Positions 48,403 through 58,443 of a stretch of 64,000 nt of DNA are shown here, in pieces. The position numbers and the translations under genes were made by a program. Under the pieces are notes generated by a model. The model did not search any database. It was not told the DNA's origin and worked only from the letters and a program-made list of their open reading frames with translations. The stretch lies in the NCBI RefSeq assembly GCF_003334385.1, contig NZ_QOWN01000017.1. One strand, given 5' to 3'. This stretch comes from Escherichia coli. Lineage in GTDB: Bacteria > Pseudomonadota > Gammaproteobacteria > Enterobacterales > Enterobacteriaceae. Position 1 is the first letter of the stretch; every line of letters starts with the position of its first letter.

Positions 48403-49320
48403 ATGCCACTCTTAAAGCTCTGGGCAGGTTCACTGGTTATGTTGGCAGCCGTGAGCCTGCCGCTACAGGCGGCTTCCCCCGTTAAAGTCGGTTCAAAAAT
48501 CGATACCGAAGGTGCGCTACTCGGCAATATCATTTTGCAGGTGCTGGAAAGCCACGGCGTACCGACGGTGAATAAAGTGCAACTCGGAACGACTCCTGTG
48601 GTGCGCGGGGCGATTACTTCCGGTGAACTGGATATCTATCCGGAATATACCGGCAATGGCGCTTTCTTCTTTAAAGATGAAAACGATGCAGCGTGGAAAA
48701 ACGCGCAGCAAGGTTACGAGAAAGTCAAAAAGCTCGATTCGGAGCACAACAAGTTAATCTGGCTGACGCCCGCGCCTGCAAATAACACCTGGACTATCGC
48801 CGTGCGTCAGGATGTGGCAGAGAAAAATAAACTCACTTCGCTTGCCGACCTGAGTCGTTATCTGCAAGAGGGCGGCACCTTCAAACTGGCAGCCTCGGCA
48901 GAGTTTATCGAACGCGCCGATGCGTTACCCGCGTTTGAAAAAGCCTATGGCTTTAAGCTCGGTCAGGATCAGTTGCTGTCACTGGCTGGTGGCGACACGG
49001 CGGTGACGATCAAAGCCGCTGCCCAGCAAACCTCTGGCGTTAATGCTGCAATGGCTTACGGCACTGACGGCCCGGTAGCGGCGCTGGGGCTGCAAACCTT
49101 AAGCGATCCGCAAGGTGTGCAACCTATCTACGCGCCTGCACCAGTGGTGCGTGAGTCGGTGTTGAGGGAGTATCCGCAAATGGCACAGTGGCTACAGCCA
49201 GTCTTCGCCAGCCTCGATGCAAAAACATTGCAGCAACTGAATGCCAGCATTGCTGTGGAAGGACTGGATGCCAAAAAAGTGGCTGCCGACTACCTGAAAC
49301 AAAAAGGGTGGACGAAGTAA
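48403..49320 (+). CDS. osmF: Glycine betaine ABC transporter periplasmic binding protein OsmF (YehZ)
   Basis: 305-aa ORF with signal peptide; first gene of a 4-gene ABC operon. Confidence 0.93.
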   Translation: MPLLKLWAGSLVMLAAVSLPLQAASPVKVGSKIDTEGALLGNIILQVLESHGVPTVNKVQLGTTPVVRGAITSGELDIYPEYTGNGAFFFKDENDAAWKNAQQGYEKVKKLDSEHNKLIWLTPAPANNTWTIAVRQDVAEKNKLTSLADLSRYLQEGGTFKLAASAEFIERADALPAFEKAYGFKLGQDQLLSLAGGDTAVTIKAAAQQTSGVNAAMAYGTDGPVAALGLQTLSDPQGVQPIYAPAPVVRESVLREYPQMAQWLQPVFASLDAKTLQQLNASIAVEGLDAKKVAADYLKQKGWTK

Positions 49321-49326
49321 TTTCCC

Positions 49327-50484
49327 GTGACTTATTTCCGTATTAATCCTGTTCTGGCGCTGCTGCTGTTGCTGACGGCAATCGCAGCGGCGCTGCCGTT
49401 TATCAGTTACGCGCCTAATCGTTTAGTTTCGGGTGAGGGGCGTCATCTCTGGCAGCTGTGGCCGCAAACGATCTGGATGCTGGTGGGCGTTGGTTGCGCC
49501 TGGCTGACGGCCTGTTTTATTCCCGGTAAAAAAGGCAGCATTTGTGCACTCATTCTGGCGCAATTCGTCTTCGTATTGCTGGTGTGGGGAGCTGGAAAGG
49601 CGGCGACCCAACTGGCGCAAAATGGCAGTGCGCTGGCGCGTACCAGCCTCGGCAGTGGTTTCTGGCTGGCTGCGGCGCTGGCATTGCTGGCCTGTAGCGA
49701 TGCCATCCGCCGAATCTCCACGCATCCGCTGTGGCGCTGGTTGTTGCATATGCAGATTGCCATTATTCCGCTGTGGTTGCTGTACTCCGGCACGCTTAAC
49801 GATCTCTCACTAATGAAAGAATACGCCAACCGTCAGGATGTGTTTGACGACGCGCTGGCACAACATCTGACGTTGCTGTTTGGTGCGGTGCTGCCTGCGT
49901 TAGTGATTGGTGTGCCGTTGGGCATCTGGTGCTACTTTTCCACTGCTCGGCAGGGGGCAATTTTTTCTCTGCTCAATGTGATTCAGACCGTGCCTTCGGT
50001 GGCGCTCTTTGGCCTGTTGATTGCGCCGCTTGCCGCGCTGGTTACGGCCTTTCCGTGGCTGGGGACGCTCGGCATAGCAGGAACCGGAATGACACCCGCA
50101 CTGATTGCGCTGGTGCTCTATGCCTTGCTGCCGCTGGTGCGCGGCGTGGTAGTCGGTTTGAACCAGATCCCGCGCGATGTGCTGGAAAGCGCCAGAGCGA
50201 TGGGGATGAGCGGGGCGCAGCGTTTCCTGCATGTTCAGTTACCGCTGGCGTTACCGGTATTTCTGCGCAGCCTGCGGGTGGTGATGGTGCAAACTGTAGG
50301 TATGGCGGTGATTGCGGCGTTAATCGGTGCAGGCGGTTTTGGTGCGCTGGTTTTCCAGGGGCTGCTAAGCAGCGCCATTGATTTAGTGTTGCTGGGGGTG
50401 ATCCCGGTAATTGTTCTGGCGGTGCTTACCGACGCGCTGTTCGATTTGCTTATCGCACTGCTGAAGGTGAAACGTAATGATTGA
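49327..50484 (+). CDS. yehY: Glycine betaine ABC transporter permease YehY
   Basis: 385-aa polytopic ORF. Confidence 0.9.
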
Positions 50485-51403
50485 ATTTAGCCATGTCAGC
50501 AAACTGTTCGGCGCACAAAAAGCCGTTAACGATCTCAATCTCAATTTTCAGGAAGGGAGTTTTTCGGTGCTGATTGGCACATCTGGCTCCGGCAAATCCA
50601 CCACCCTGAAAATGATTAACCGCCTGGTGGAGCATGACAGCGGAGAGATCCGCTTTGCCGGAGAAGAAATTCGCTCGCTGCCAGTACTGGAGTTGCGCCG
50701 CCGGATGGGCTATGCCATTCAATCTATTGGCCTGTTCCCCCACTGGAGCGTGGCGCAAAACATCGCTACCGTGCCGCAATTACAAAAATGGTCGCGGGCG
50801 CGGATTGACGATCGTATCGACGAATTAATGGCGCTACTGGGGCTGGAGTCAAATTTGCGTGAGCGTTATCCGCATCAGCTTTCCGGTGGTCAGCAGCAAC
50901 GTGTGGGAGTGGCGCGTGCACTGGCTGCCGATCCGCAAGTCTTACTAATGGATGAACCTTTTGGCGCACTGGACCCGGTAACGCGCGGCGCGTTGCAACA
51001 AGAGATGACGCGCATTCACCGTTTGCTGGGGCGTACCATTGTGCTGGTCACTCATGATATTGATGAGGCGCTACGGCTGGCAGAACATCTGGTATTGATG
51101 GATCACGGTGAAGTAGTGCAGCAGGGCAATCCGCTGACGATGCTGACTCGTCCGGCGAATGATTTTGTCCGCCAGTTTTTTGGACGTAGTGAACTGGGTG
51201 TGCGCCTGCTTTCGTTACGTAGTGTGGCGGATTACGTGCGTCGCGAAGAACGAGCAGATGGTGAGGCACTGGCAGAAGAGATGACGCTACGCGATGCGCT
51301 CTCTCTGTTTGTTGCGCGGGGATGCGAGGTGCTGCCGGTGGTGAACATGCAGGGCCAGCCTTGCGGCACGCTGCATTTTCAGGATCTGCTGGTGGAGGCG
51401 TAA
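50477..51403 (+). CDS. yehX: Glycine betaine ABC transporter ATPase YehX
   Basis: 308-aa ORF; Walker [10 protein letters not shown], signature LSGGQQQR. Confidence 0.93.
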
Positions 51404-51407
51404 GCGT

Positions 51408-52139
51408 ATGAAGATGTTGCGCGATCCGCTGTTCTGGCTCATTGCTCTGTTTGTGGCGCTGATTTTCTGGCTGCCTTACAGCCAGCCGCTGTTTGCTGCC
51501 TTGTTCCCACAACTGCCACGACCCGTTTATCAGCAAGAAAGTTTTGCAGCTCTGGCACTGGCTCATTTCTGGCTGGTGGGAATTTCGAGTTTGTTTGCGG
51601 TGATCATTGGCACTGGTGCCGGAATTGCTGTCACTCGCCCGTGGGGCGCGGAATTTCGCCCACTGGTGGAAACTATTGCCGCCGTTGGACAGACTTTTCC
51701 GCCCGTCGCAGTGCTGGCGATCGCCGTTCCGGTGATCGGCTTTGGTCTGCAACCAGCGATTATCGCCTTGATCCTTTACGGTGTGCTGCCCGTCCTGCAG
51801 GCGACACTTGCCGGGCTGGGAGCGATTGATGCCAGCGTGACAGAAGTTGCGAAAGGTATGGGAATGAGTCGTGGTCAGCGACTGCGTAAGGTCGAGCTAC
51901 CGCTGGCGGCTCCGGTGATTCTGGCGGGCGTGCGAACTTCGGTGATTATCAACATTGGTACGGCGACGATCGCCTCAACGGTAGGGGCCAGCACGCTGGG
52001 TACGCCCATCATCATCGGGCTTAGCGGATTTAATACCGCGTATGTGATCCAGGGGGCGTTACTGGTGGCACTGGCGGCGATCATCGCAGACCGCCTGTTT
52101 GAAAGGCTGGTGCAGGCGCTTAGCCAGCACGCAAAATAA
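51408..52139 (+). CDS. yehW: Glycine betaine ABC transporter permease YehW
   Basis: 243-aa polytopic ORF. Confidence 0.9.
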
Positions 52140-52227
52140 AGGTATAACCTGCGAGCATGACGCCACCAATTCCGCCTAACGCCATAAACAGGAACAGGGC
52201 GATGACCCCAATTTTAGCTATGCGCAT
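52120..52227 (-). CDS. yohO: Small membrane protein YohO (35 aa)
   Basis: Not in ORF track; translation gives [35 protein letters not shown]; 3' end overlaps yehW by 20 nt (convergent). Confidence 0.75.
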
Positions 52228-52286
52228 AATGCACTCCTTATGTTAACGAAAGGATTGTACAGTAAAGCGCATTTGTTAACGAATCA

Positions 52287-52979
52287 TTAAATGCCGAGTG
52301 GGAAAATATCATGGCCTTGTTCTTGCCAACTGGTGAGTTGCTGCTGTTGGGCGGAGGTTCGATTTTCACCGCACCACACCAGCAATGTACGGCCTTCGAA
52401 TAGTTCAGGGCGTAGTTGATTGAGCGAGTGGGCGAGGACATCAATGCGCCATCCTTGTTGACTGGCAATCCAGCCCTCCAGCCACAGACGGGTGGTATCC
52501 TGAATATTCCAGCCAACCACCAGCGCATCTTTACCCTGTTTTTTACGTGCCGAAGCCAGACAAATGGCGATGTAGTTGATCAGTACGCCGTCGAGGATCG
52601 CCAGCAGCGCCTGGAGAGTCGGTTGTTGGCACTGAAGCCGTCGGCGCAGAGGAATAAACAGATGTGTGGTGAGTGTCTGGGCGGGGTAATCCTGACCGCG
52701 CTCTTTGATCCACGTTCGCAGGCTATGTAGATTGCCGCTTTGCAGGTAAGTCAGTAATGTTTCTTGCTGATCGCGCCAGCCGTTCTGCACATCAACATTT
52801 TCATTACTGAGCAGCATTTTAACTTTGCTGACCTGCACGCCGTTGTCGATCCAGCGTTTGATCTCGCGGATCCGGTCAATATCGGCATCGTTGAACAGCC
52901 GATGACCGCCGTCTGTCCGTTGCGGTTTCAGCAATCCGTAACGCCTCTGCCACGCGCGTAACGTGACAGGGATTAAGGG
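52287..52979 (-). pseudogene. mlrA: mlrA (yehV) MerR-family curli regulator, 5'-truncated by prophage insertion
   Basis: Translation matches MlrA from ...PVTLRAWQRRYGLLKPQRTDGG to the C-terminus; the first ~17 codons are replaced by unrelated sequence with an in-frame stop at 53004..53006 and no start codon. Confidence 0.8.
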
Positions 52980-53008
52980 TAAACTAATTGATTTTGCAAG
53001 TTTTTATT

Positions 53009-54295
53009 TTACCCAGCTTTCTTATGGGGCATACATGGGACACTTTCAGATAGTCTTTTGTTAAGGAGTTCTATCTGTTCGTGATTGTTGTCTTTCATCC
53101 ATGCTCCGTAAACATTGAATACCATTTGTGCGTTTGTGTGGCCCATCTGGCTTGCGATAAAACTAGGATTAGCTCCAGCGGCAAGTGACCAGCATGCATA
53201 AGTATGCCTGGATTGGTACGATTTTCTGTGTCTCAGACCTGCGCGTTTTAAGATACTTGTCCATGACTCCCTGATGGAGTCAACCTTATAGTGCGGTCCG
53301 GAAAACTGCCGCTGTTTTATTACCTGAGGACTAAAAACAAAAGTGCATTTATGCACAGTACTTCTCCCATATTCCCTCTGCTTTACCTCTACAGAATGTT
53401 GCTTTCCAAGCATGGTCATTTCCGCCTGACTTTTAAGAGCATCAATAGCTGGTTGAACCAGATGAATTGTCCTTCCGGTGCCAGCATCGGTTTTTGGTGG
53501 AGTGAATTCGCCAAGTTTTGTATAATTCCTACGGATGGTTATAGTCCTTGCTTTAAGATCTATATCTTCCCATGCCAGCGATACCAGCTCCCCGTGACGA
53601 ATACCCGTGTATACAGCGAGAATCCACAGGTTTTTTGTTTGTTGATGACGGCAAGCCTCAATAAAACGAATAAATTCGTCACGGGTGAGAGGATCTGGTT
53701 TTACCTTGGACTTTTTTAAGGGGGCCAGACCGTTAAATGGGTTTCCTGAGGTATAACCATTATCTGTTGCAAATTGAAACATTCCAGCTATGGTTGTCAT
53801 ATAGTAGTTTACTGTGACCACTGAGCGCCCTTTTATGGAAGAAATCTTTCCATTAGAAAGCTTTTGGTAACCGGTCAACAAATCTCTCCTTGCGAAAAGT
53901 AAATCCTCTTTTGTTATGGATGAAACCAGTTTTTTCTCACCCAACATAGGCAACATGTTTTTAATTACTGACTGGTAACGATTAAGTGCATTCGCACAAA
54001 TCTCAATTTTCTTAAGGTCCAACCATTTTTCCGAAAGTGCCTTAACGGTTATCTCTCTTTTTCCCAGACCAAAGTGTTTCAGGTTAGGGGAATTAGGGAA
54101 CTGTGTAGCGTAGTCGAAACTCCCCATTCTGATTGCAAAACAAACGGAAGTGCGAAGTTCACCTGCGATCTTCCGGTTTTTGGCGGTGTCAGGAACACCG
54201 AGGTTTTCTCTGACACGTTTGCCATTATAGTGAAACCATATACGGAGTGATCCTCCATGGTTTTCAACGCCTGTCGGGTATGATACGTTACTCAT
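53009..54295 (-). CDS. int: Phage integrase (tyrosine recombinase)
   Basis: 428-aa ORF; GGGAGG SD; C-terminal catalytic region with conserved R...HxxR...Y pattern (RHTYACW, final Y in NVYGAWM). Confidence 0.85.
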   Translation of the reverse strand: MSNVSYPTGVENHGGSLRIWFHYNGKRVRENLGVPDTAKNRKIAGELRTSVCFAIRMGSFDYATQFPNSPNLKHFGLGKREITVKALSEKWLDLKKIEICANALNRYQSVIKNMLPMLGEKKLVSSITKEDLLFARRDLLTGYQKLSNGKISSIKGRSVVTVNYYMTTIAGMFQFATDNGYTSGNPFNGLAPLKKSKVKPDPLTRDEFIRFIEACRHQQTKNLWILAVYTGIRHGELVSLAWEDIDLKARTITIRRNYTKLGEFTPPKTDAGTGRTIHLVQPAIDALKSQAEMTMLGKQHSVEVKQREYGRSTVHKCTFVFSPQVIKQRQFSGPHYKVDSIRESWTSILKRAGLRHRKSYQSRHTYACWSLAAGANPSFIASQMGHTNAQMVFNVYGAWMKDNNHEQIELLNKRLSESVPCMPHKKAG

Positions 54296-54328
54296 TAAAC
54301 CTCCCAGACGTCCAGGAGCATTAACAGG

Positions 54329-54583
54329 TTAACCGGAACTTGCATTTTTGGCACCTGGTTGTTTCTGGTTTTCGATCCATCGCATAATTTCTTCGATGTT
54401 GTACAGGCATTCACTGTAATGCCCAGGATCACCTTCTACAGCGTAATGGCGGTATTCTTTTCCCTGCATCCATGACTTTCTTCTGGCCCGCTCGATGGTG
54501 CCGGGCTTTAGCCCTGTTGATGCAATAAGGACTCTCTCCGTACACCATTTGCTGGGGGTTATCTGATAGATGATTGTCTGCAT
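54329..54583 (-). CDS. Putative excisionase / small DNA-binding protein
   Basis: 84-aa basic ORF immediately upstream of int, same strand; resembles excisionase-like phage proteins (from memory). Confidence 0.5.
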   Translation of the reverse strand: MQTIIYQITPSKWCTERVLIASTGLKPGTIERARRKSWMQGKEYRHYAVEGDPGHYSECLYNIEEIMRWIENQKQPGAKNASSG

Positions 54584-54739
54584 GCCAGCCTCATAAAACT
54601 TTCATCCACGGCAGTGGCACCACATTTCAAACATTCGCTTCACAACTTCACGACAGTAGAAGCCATCAACATCTCGCGTCAGGTCATAGTGATTGCCGTA
54701 ACGCTGGTGGACCCATCGTTCAAATGCTTTATTCATTCT

Positions 54740-54982
54740 TTACTTCCTTTTTATGGCTCGTAATTTTTTCAGGTGCTTTTCCTGCTCAGTGTCCGCGAGA
54801 ATTTTGCGGTACTCCTGGTGGTCAATATGTTCGAACAGGCAGTTTAACTCACCAATGCGTACCCGCCCGGATCGTCCGTCCACCCGTCGAAAGAACACTG
54901 AGTGCTCAGTGATGCGAGTAATCACCACGGGGTATCCGGCTCTGTCCGTGTATATCTGACCGCGTTGAATCAAAGCGAACAT
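54740..54982 (-). CDS. Hypothetical phage protein (80 aa)
   Basis: Track ORF 54740..55018; ATG at 54982 preceded by GGGGA. Confidence 0.45.
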   Translation of the reverse strand: MFALIQRGQIYTDRAGYPVVITRITEHSVFFRRVDGRSGRVRIGELNCLFEHIDHQEYRKILADTEQEKHLKKLRAIKRK

Positions 54983-55066
54983 GTGGTTATCCCCATCGAC
55001 AAATCGAGAACACAACAAACGCTGCTGCGAATACCACCCCCAGAGTTACGATTGCATCAGGCCAGC

Positions 55067-56011
55067 TCATTGATTCACCTCCTGCCTGTCGTCCGGCATT
55101 CGCTCACTACAGCTTATCCAACCATCCGGAGTTACCGGAACTTGTGGAATGGCTGTCTGCTCTCGAACGTCATTAGGCGCTATAGGTTCTGCTGCCAACT
55201 GACTGGCATATTTGTTAATGGTAACGATAAGCTCTTGCTCAGCCTCATCCAGACAATCACCGATACCTCGCCTGTCACCGTCAAAATCATCGAAATCGGC
55301 ACGAATCCTGGCAACCTTCAGGATTGCGGACAACACCTCACTAGGAATTGCCGGATAGTTGGTTGACGTTTCCGCGATTTCCCGAAAATTATTGGTTGAC
55401 GAATTCTTGTTTTCCCGAAAGTTTCCGGACTGAAGCATGGCGGCGCGGCAGGCGTTCCATATTTCGGCAGCAATATCGCGCTCGCTATCGGTTAATTTGT
55501 ACGTTGAAACATAGCCAGAGAGCATTTCTACGTTTTCCGGAGTTGCTTCTTCAGGCACTACCGGTGCTGGCTCACGTATTACAGGCTCGCCCATGCGTGA
55601 TTCTCCCTGCGCCTCTTTCACCATGTGGTCATTGATTTGCTCCAGTCGCCGAACGTGCTCATCAGCTTCAAGCGCTCGCCGTTTCCAGATGGACAGGTCT
55701 TCACGAGCGCCCTGATATGCGTCACCGTATTCGCCGTTAAATACTGGCGCTGGCGGGGCGATGCGTCCAAGCAACTTATTTACCTCTTTCGCCATCGCGT
55801 CATATTTATCTAAATAGCGATTAGCTTCTAAGCAGACTCGGTGCATCTGATCTGAGTTAACTCGTTTAACTGGATCTGCTTCCAATGATGCCAGTGCAAT
55901 TCGTGCCAGTTCTTCCGCTTCTTCTGCTGGCAGTACAACGTTGCTACCCGGTCCGTATGTTTCGCGCCACTGCTTGATTGTCAGCAGTCGCCCTTTGGTA
56001 ATAGTGATCAT
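55067..56011 (-). CDS. Hypothetical phage protein (314 aa), shares RIALASLEA(D/E)PV motif with the 56428..56877 product
   Basis: Strong SD AAGAGGA; paralogous N-terminal motif; C-terminal GWISCSERMPDD resembles DUF551-type phage proteins (from memory). Confidence 0.6.
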   Translation of the reverse strand: MITITKGRLLTIKQWRETYGPGSNVVLPAEEAEELARIALASLEADPVKRVNSDQMHRVCLEANRYLDKYDAMAKEVNKLLGRIAPPAPVFNGEYGDAYQGAREDLSIWKRRALEADEHVRRLEQINDHMVKEAQGESRMGEPVIREPAPVVPEEATPENVEMLSGYVSTYKLTDSERDIAAEIWNACRAAMLQSGNFRENKNSSTNNFREIAETSTNYPAIPSEVLSAILKVARIRADFDDFDGDRRGIGDCLDEAEQELIVTINKYASQLAAEPIAPNDVREQTAIPQVPVTPDGWISCSERMPDDRQEVNQ

Positions 56012-56014
56012 GGG

Positions 56015-56203
56015 TTATCCTCTTAGCGCCACAACGCGCACTTCTGGGTCAAAGGATGATGAATTTTCATCTGTAATATCAGCAACATGACCTACAAAGT
56101 CGTTATACTCACACTCTGATTGTTCATAGCCCTGCCAGACCACGACAGCCTCAGGAGGCATTTTTCTGAGCTTGCTGATTAATTGCCTCACCGTCAGTGA
56201 CAT
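56015..56203 (-). CDS. Hypothetical small phage protein (62 aa)
   Basis: Perfect SD AAGGAG in an AAGGAGAGTGATATG junction; acidic C-terminus. Confidence 0.55.
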   Translation of the reverse strand: MSLTVRQLISKLRKMPPEAVVVWQGYEQSECEYNDFVGHVADITDENSSSFDPEVRVVALRG

Positions 56204-56204
56204 A

Positions 56205-56351
56205 TCACTCTCCTTTACCCGCTGCTTTCGCCTGCTCTTTAGCGAGTCGCTCCGCTTCTCTGAAATCCCAATCTACTCGATGTGCTATATCAATTGCAGA
56301 ACGCACGGTCCGTTCAATTAGCGTATCCAGGTTATCAATTGTCATTGCCAT
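56205..56351 (-). CDS. Possible small phage protein (48 aa)
   Basis: ORF below track threshold; helical charged sequence; stop TGA lies in the coupling junction to the next gene; no clear SD. Confidence 0.3.
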   Translation of the reverse strand: MAMTIDNLDTLIERTVRSAIDIAHRVDWDFREAERLAKEQAKAAGKGE

Positions 56352-56427
56352 ATCTGGATTGCGAGATAAAATCTCCGCCCTCTGAATCTGCTAGTTGTTG
56401 CAGGTTTCAAGTAATGAGTTAGCCATA

Positions 56428-56877
56428 TCACTCTCCTTTGATGCCAATGTTTACAGCCTGGCAAGCCTCTTTGAGTACCCAGTCAACAGCGTCTTTCCAT
56501 GCTCCGGTTTCGACTGGCGGATTTTCACGCTTAACCTGTTCATAGAAACGCACTGCTTTAATCAATCCTTCTGATGTCAGTGGCACAGGCGGGGCAGTGA
56601 ATAACGCCTGAATTTCATAGTTCGGTCTGTCGTTGCAATCCTCTTTTGTCGGTACATATTTCCAGTCACCAACCCACGAATCCCCCTGAGAGTCCGTAAC
56701 ACCTTTTTTCACGTAGCGATATCGCCACGCGACTGGCTCTGCTTCCAACGATGCCAGTGCGATACGAAACACATTGGCAAGCAGGCTGCTTGAAGATTGG
56801 TTATCGTGCGCCGGGTCGCTCAGGAAACCAGTGATGAATGATTTAATTTCCGCGTTTTCTCTGGTAATAGTGGTCAT
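56428..56877 (-). CDS. Hypothetical phage protein (149 aa), paralogous motif with 55067..56011
   Basis: SD GAGGA; start overlaps upstream stop (ATGA). Confidence 0.6.
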   Translation of the reverse strand: MTTITRENAEIKSFITGFLSDPAHDNQSSSSLLANVFRIALASLEAEPVAWRYRYVKKGVTDSQGDSWVGDWKYVPTKEDCNDRPNYEIQALFTAPPVPLTSEGLIKAVRFYEQVKRENPPVETGAWKDAVDWVLKEACQAVNIGIKGE

Positions 56878-57083
56878 TTATTAATCCTCAAAACTTTATG
56901 CCCGGGCGCAAAAGCACGTGTTTTGTCTTTGCTTATTCGCCAGCCATCCTTGCGCGCCTCTTTTGCACAGCCAGCCCATGACGTACCGATATACTCACCG
57001 AAGTCTGGCGTTTGATATTTACCATTTGTACACTGGCAACAATCACAGTAGAGATGCATGGTGTAACTTGCGGAAATAGCCAT
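56874..57083 (-). CDS. Small Cys-rich phage protein (69 aa; CDCCQC...C, possible zinc ribbon)
   Basis: Start at internal ATG of track ORF 56874..57191 with perfect SD (AAGGAGCCTGATATG); upstream gene stop sits in the SD spacer. Confidence 0.55.
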   Translation of the reverse strand: MAISASYTMHLYCDCCQCTNGKYQTPDFGEYIGTSWAGCAKEARKDGWRISKDKTRAFAPGHKVLRINK

Positions 57084-57084
57084 A

Positions 57085-57276
57085 TCAGGCTCCTTTAGTG
57101 CGTAAGTGGTTTTTCCAGCGGTTTTGCGCCGCGCTGCGCTTATCTTTGATTCCCTCTCTGGCAATTCCAGAATATAAGTACAACACCACACGGCGATTGC
57201 TAACTCTCAACCACTGGCTGGGATAGCAACGTCTGTATACACGGGAGATAAGCATCTTTGCTTTACGGTTTTTCAT
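57085..57276 (-). CDS. Small basic phage protein (63 aa), tandem paralogue A
   Basis: N-terminus MKNRKAKMLISR...WLRVSNRRV conserved with the adjacent upstream ORF at protein level; ATGA-coupled. Confidence 0.5.
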   Translation of the reverse strand: MKNRKAKMLISRVYRRCYPSQWLRVSNRRVVLYLYSGIAREGIKDKRSAAQNRWKNHLRTKGA

Positions 57277-57455
57277 CTTACTGCGTACCCTTTCTTCCGC
57301 CTGTTCTGTGACGCGCTAGGCTTTTTGCAACAACTGTGCCCCATCACCCCGCAACACCCCGTCAACCTCACTCGTCTGTTACTAATCCTCAACCATCGCC
57401 AGACCCCAACACCGTTTCTGCGAGCTAACAGAATTTTTGCCTTACGGTTTTTCAT
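57273..57455 (-). CDS. Small basic phage protein (60 aa), tandem paralogue B
   Basis: MKNRKAKILLAR...WLRISNRRV; SD AGGAGA; start overlaps upstream stop (ATGA). Confidence 0.5.
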   Translation of the reverse strand: MKNRKAKILLARRNGVGVWRWLRISNRRVRLTGCCGVMGHSCCKKPSASQNRRKKGYAVR

Positions 57456-57628
57456 CGTTTTGTTCTCCTGCGTTTCTTTGCTGCTCGTCGTGCCGCTGCA
57501 ATACCGGTATGGCGGCGCTTTGGTGCCGGGATGATGTTGTCAGCCATCAGGACATGTGGCTTTGCAATTAGCGCAGAAGCCCAAAAACGAGTCGGGTACG
57601 GTAACAAGCCGATACATGCCACACGCAT
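57452..57628 (-). CDS. Small basic phage protein (58 aa)
   Basis: Below track threshold; SD AGGAGG 6 nt before ATG; start overlaps the Ea22-like stop (TAATG) and stop overlaps next start (ATGA). Confidence 0.5.
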   Translation of the reverse strand: MRVACIGLLPYPTRFWASALIAKPHVLMADNIIPAPKRRHTGIAAARRAAKKRRRTKR

Positions 57629-58443
57629 TACTCACCTCCTTTGATGCGAATGCCTGCGGCGCGGATTGCAGCGATGACTTCAGAAACTTTGTATGCCATT
57701 ACCGTTTGGTAATCATCGTGAAAATCTGTTCGATGAAGCATGCTGCTACGTTCCGGGAGCGATATTTCCCGAGCATCCAGTTCCTTAACGCGTTCCTCCA
57801 GTTCGTAGACCCTGCATTGTTCTCTATCATCAATCAGATATAACCCAAGACATTCGCTTTCTACCCAACCGCCAAAATCATGATCGTAACGCTCACATGA
57901 AAACTCACCGTCACCGTCCTTTGTTGGAATGGTGTAACTATCTAATGTGCCACCATATGTCGGCACATTTCCCAATGTTGGATGCTCAATCCACATGAAA
58001 AATGCACGTCCGGTTATTGGGCAAATATCTGGCCGCCATTGGTTACGAACAGCCTTGGTTTCGGATAATTCTTCAGCGTGTTGTTTTACTTCCTCAAGCT
58101 CAACTCTCAGCTTCCCTACCGTTAGCGCAATATCCTCGTTCTCCTGATCGCGGCTTTTGATGTATTGCAGGTTTCTTTCCCGTTCATCCAGCAGTGCCAG
58201 CACGGTAGCCGGGTTAGCCTCTGCTATGAATTCAGCGTTTGCATAAGCCTGAGCATCTGTTTCAACCAGGCAGTTAACGTGACATTCTGCAATTACGCCA
58301 CCGGGTTCTCCTTTCCATTTTTGACAAACAAAAACTCCTGTTAAATTGCCGTGTTGGTTAACAGATGTATGCCCTACGATGTAGCTTCCTTTAGTTGCTT
58401 TCTCTGCCTTTTCACGCAGTGCCTGATAGTCAATCTTGCTCAC
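57628..58443 (-). CDS. Ea22-like phage protein (271 aa)
   Basis: GTG start with SD AAGGAGG; contains LLDERERNLQYIKSRDQENEDIALTVGKLRVELEE and C-terminal GIRIKGGE, which I recall as characteristic of lambda Ea22. Confidence 0.65.
   Translation of the reverse strand: MSKIDYQALREKAEKATKGSYIVGHTSVNQHGNLTGVFVCQKWKGEPGGVIAECHVNCLVETDAQAYANAEFIAEANPATVLALLDERERNLQYIKSRDQENEDIALTVGKLRVELEEVKQHAEELSETKAVRNQWRPDICPITGRAFFMWIEHPTLGNVPTYGGTLDSYTIPTKDGDGEFSCERYDHDFGGWVESECLGLYLIDDREQCRVYELEERVKELDAREISLPERSSMLHRTDFHDDYQTVMAYKVSEVIAAIRAAGIRIKGGE

Noticed and set aside
53291-53719. 142-aa plus-strand ORF
   Set aside because: Lies entirely antisense within the integrase gene; no SD.
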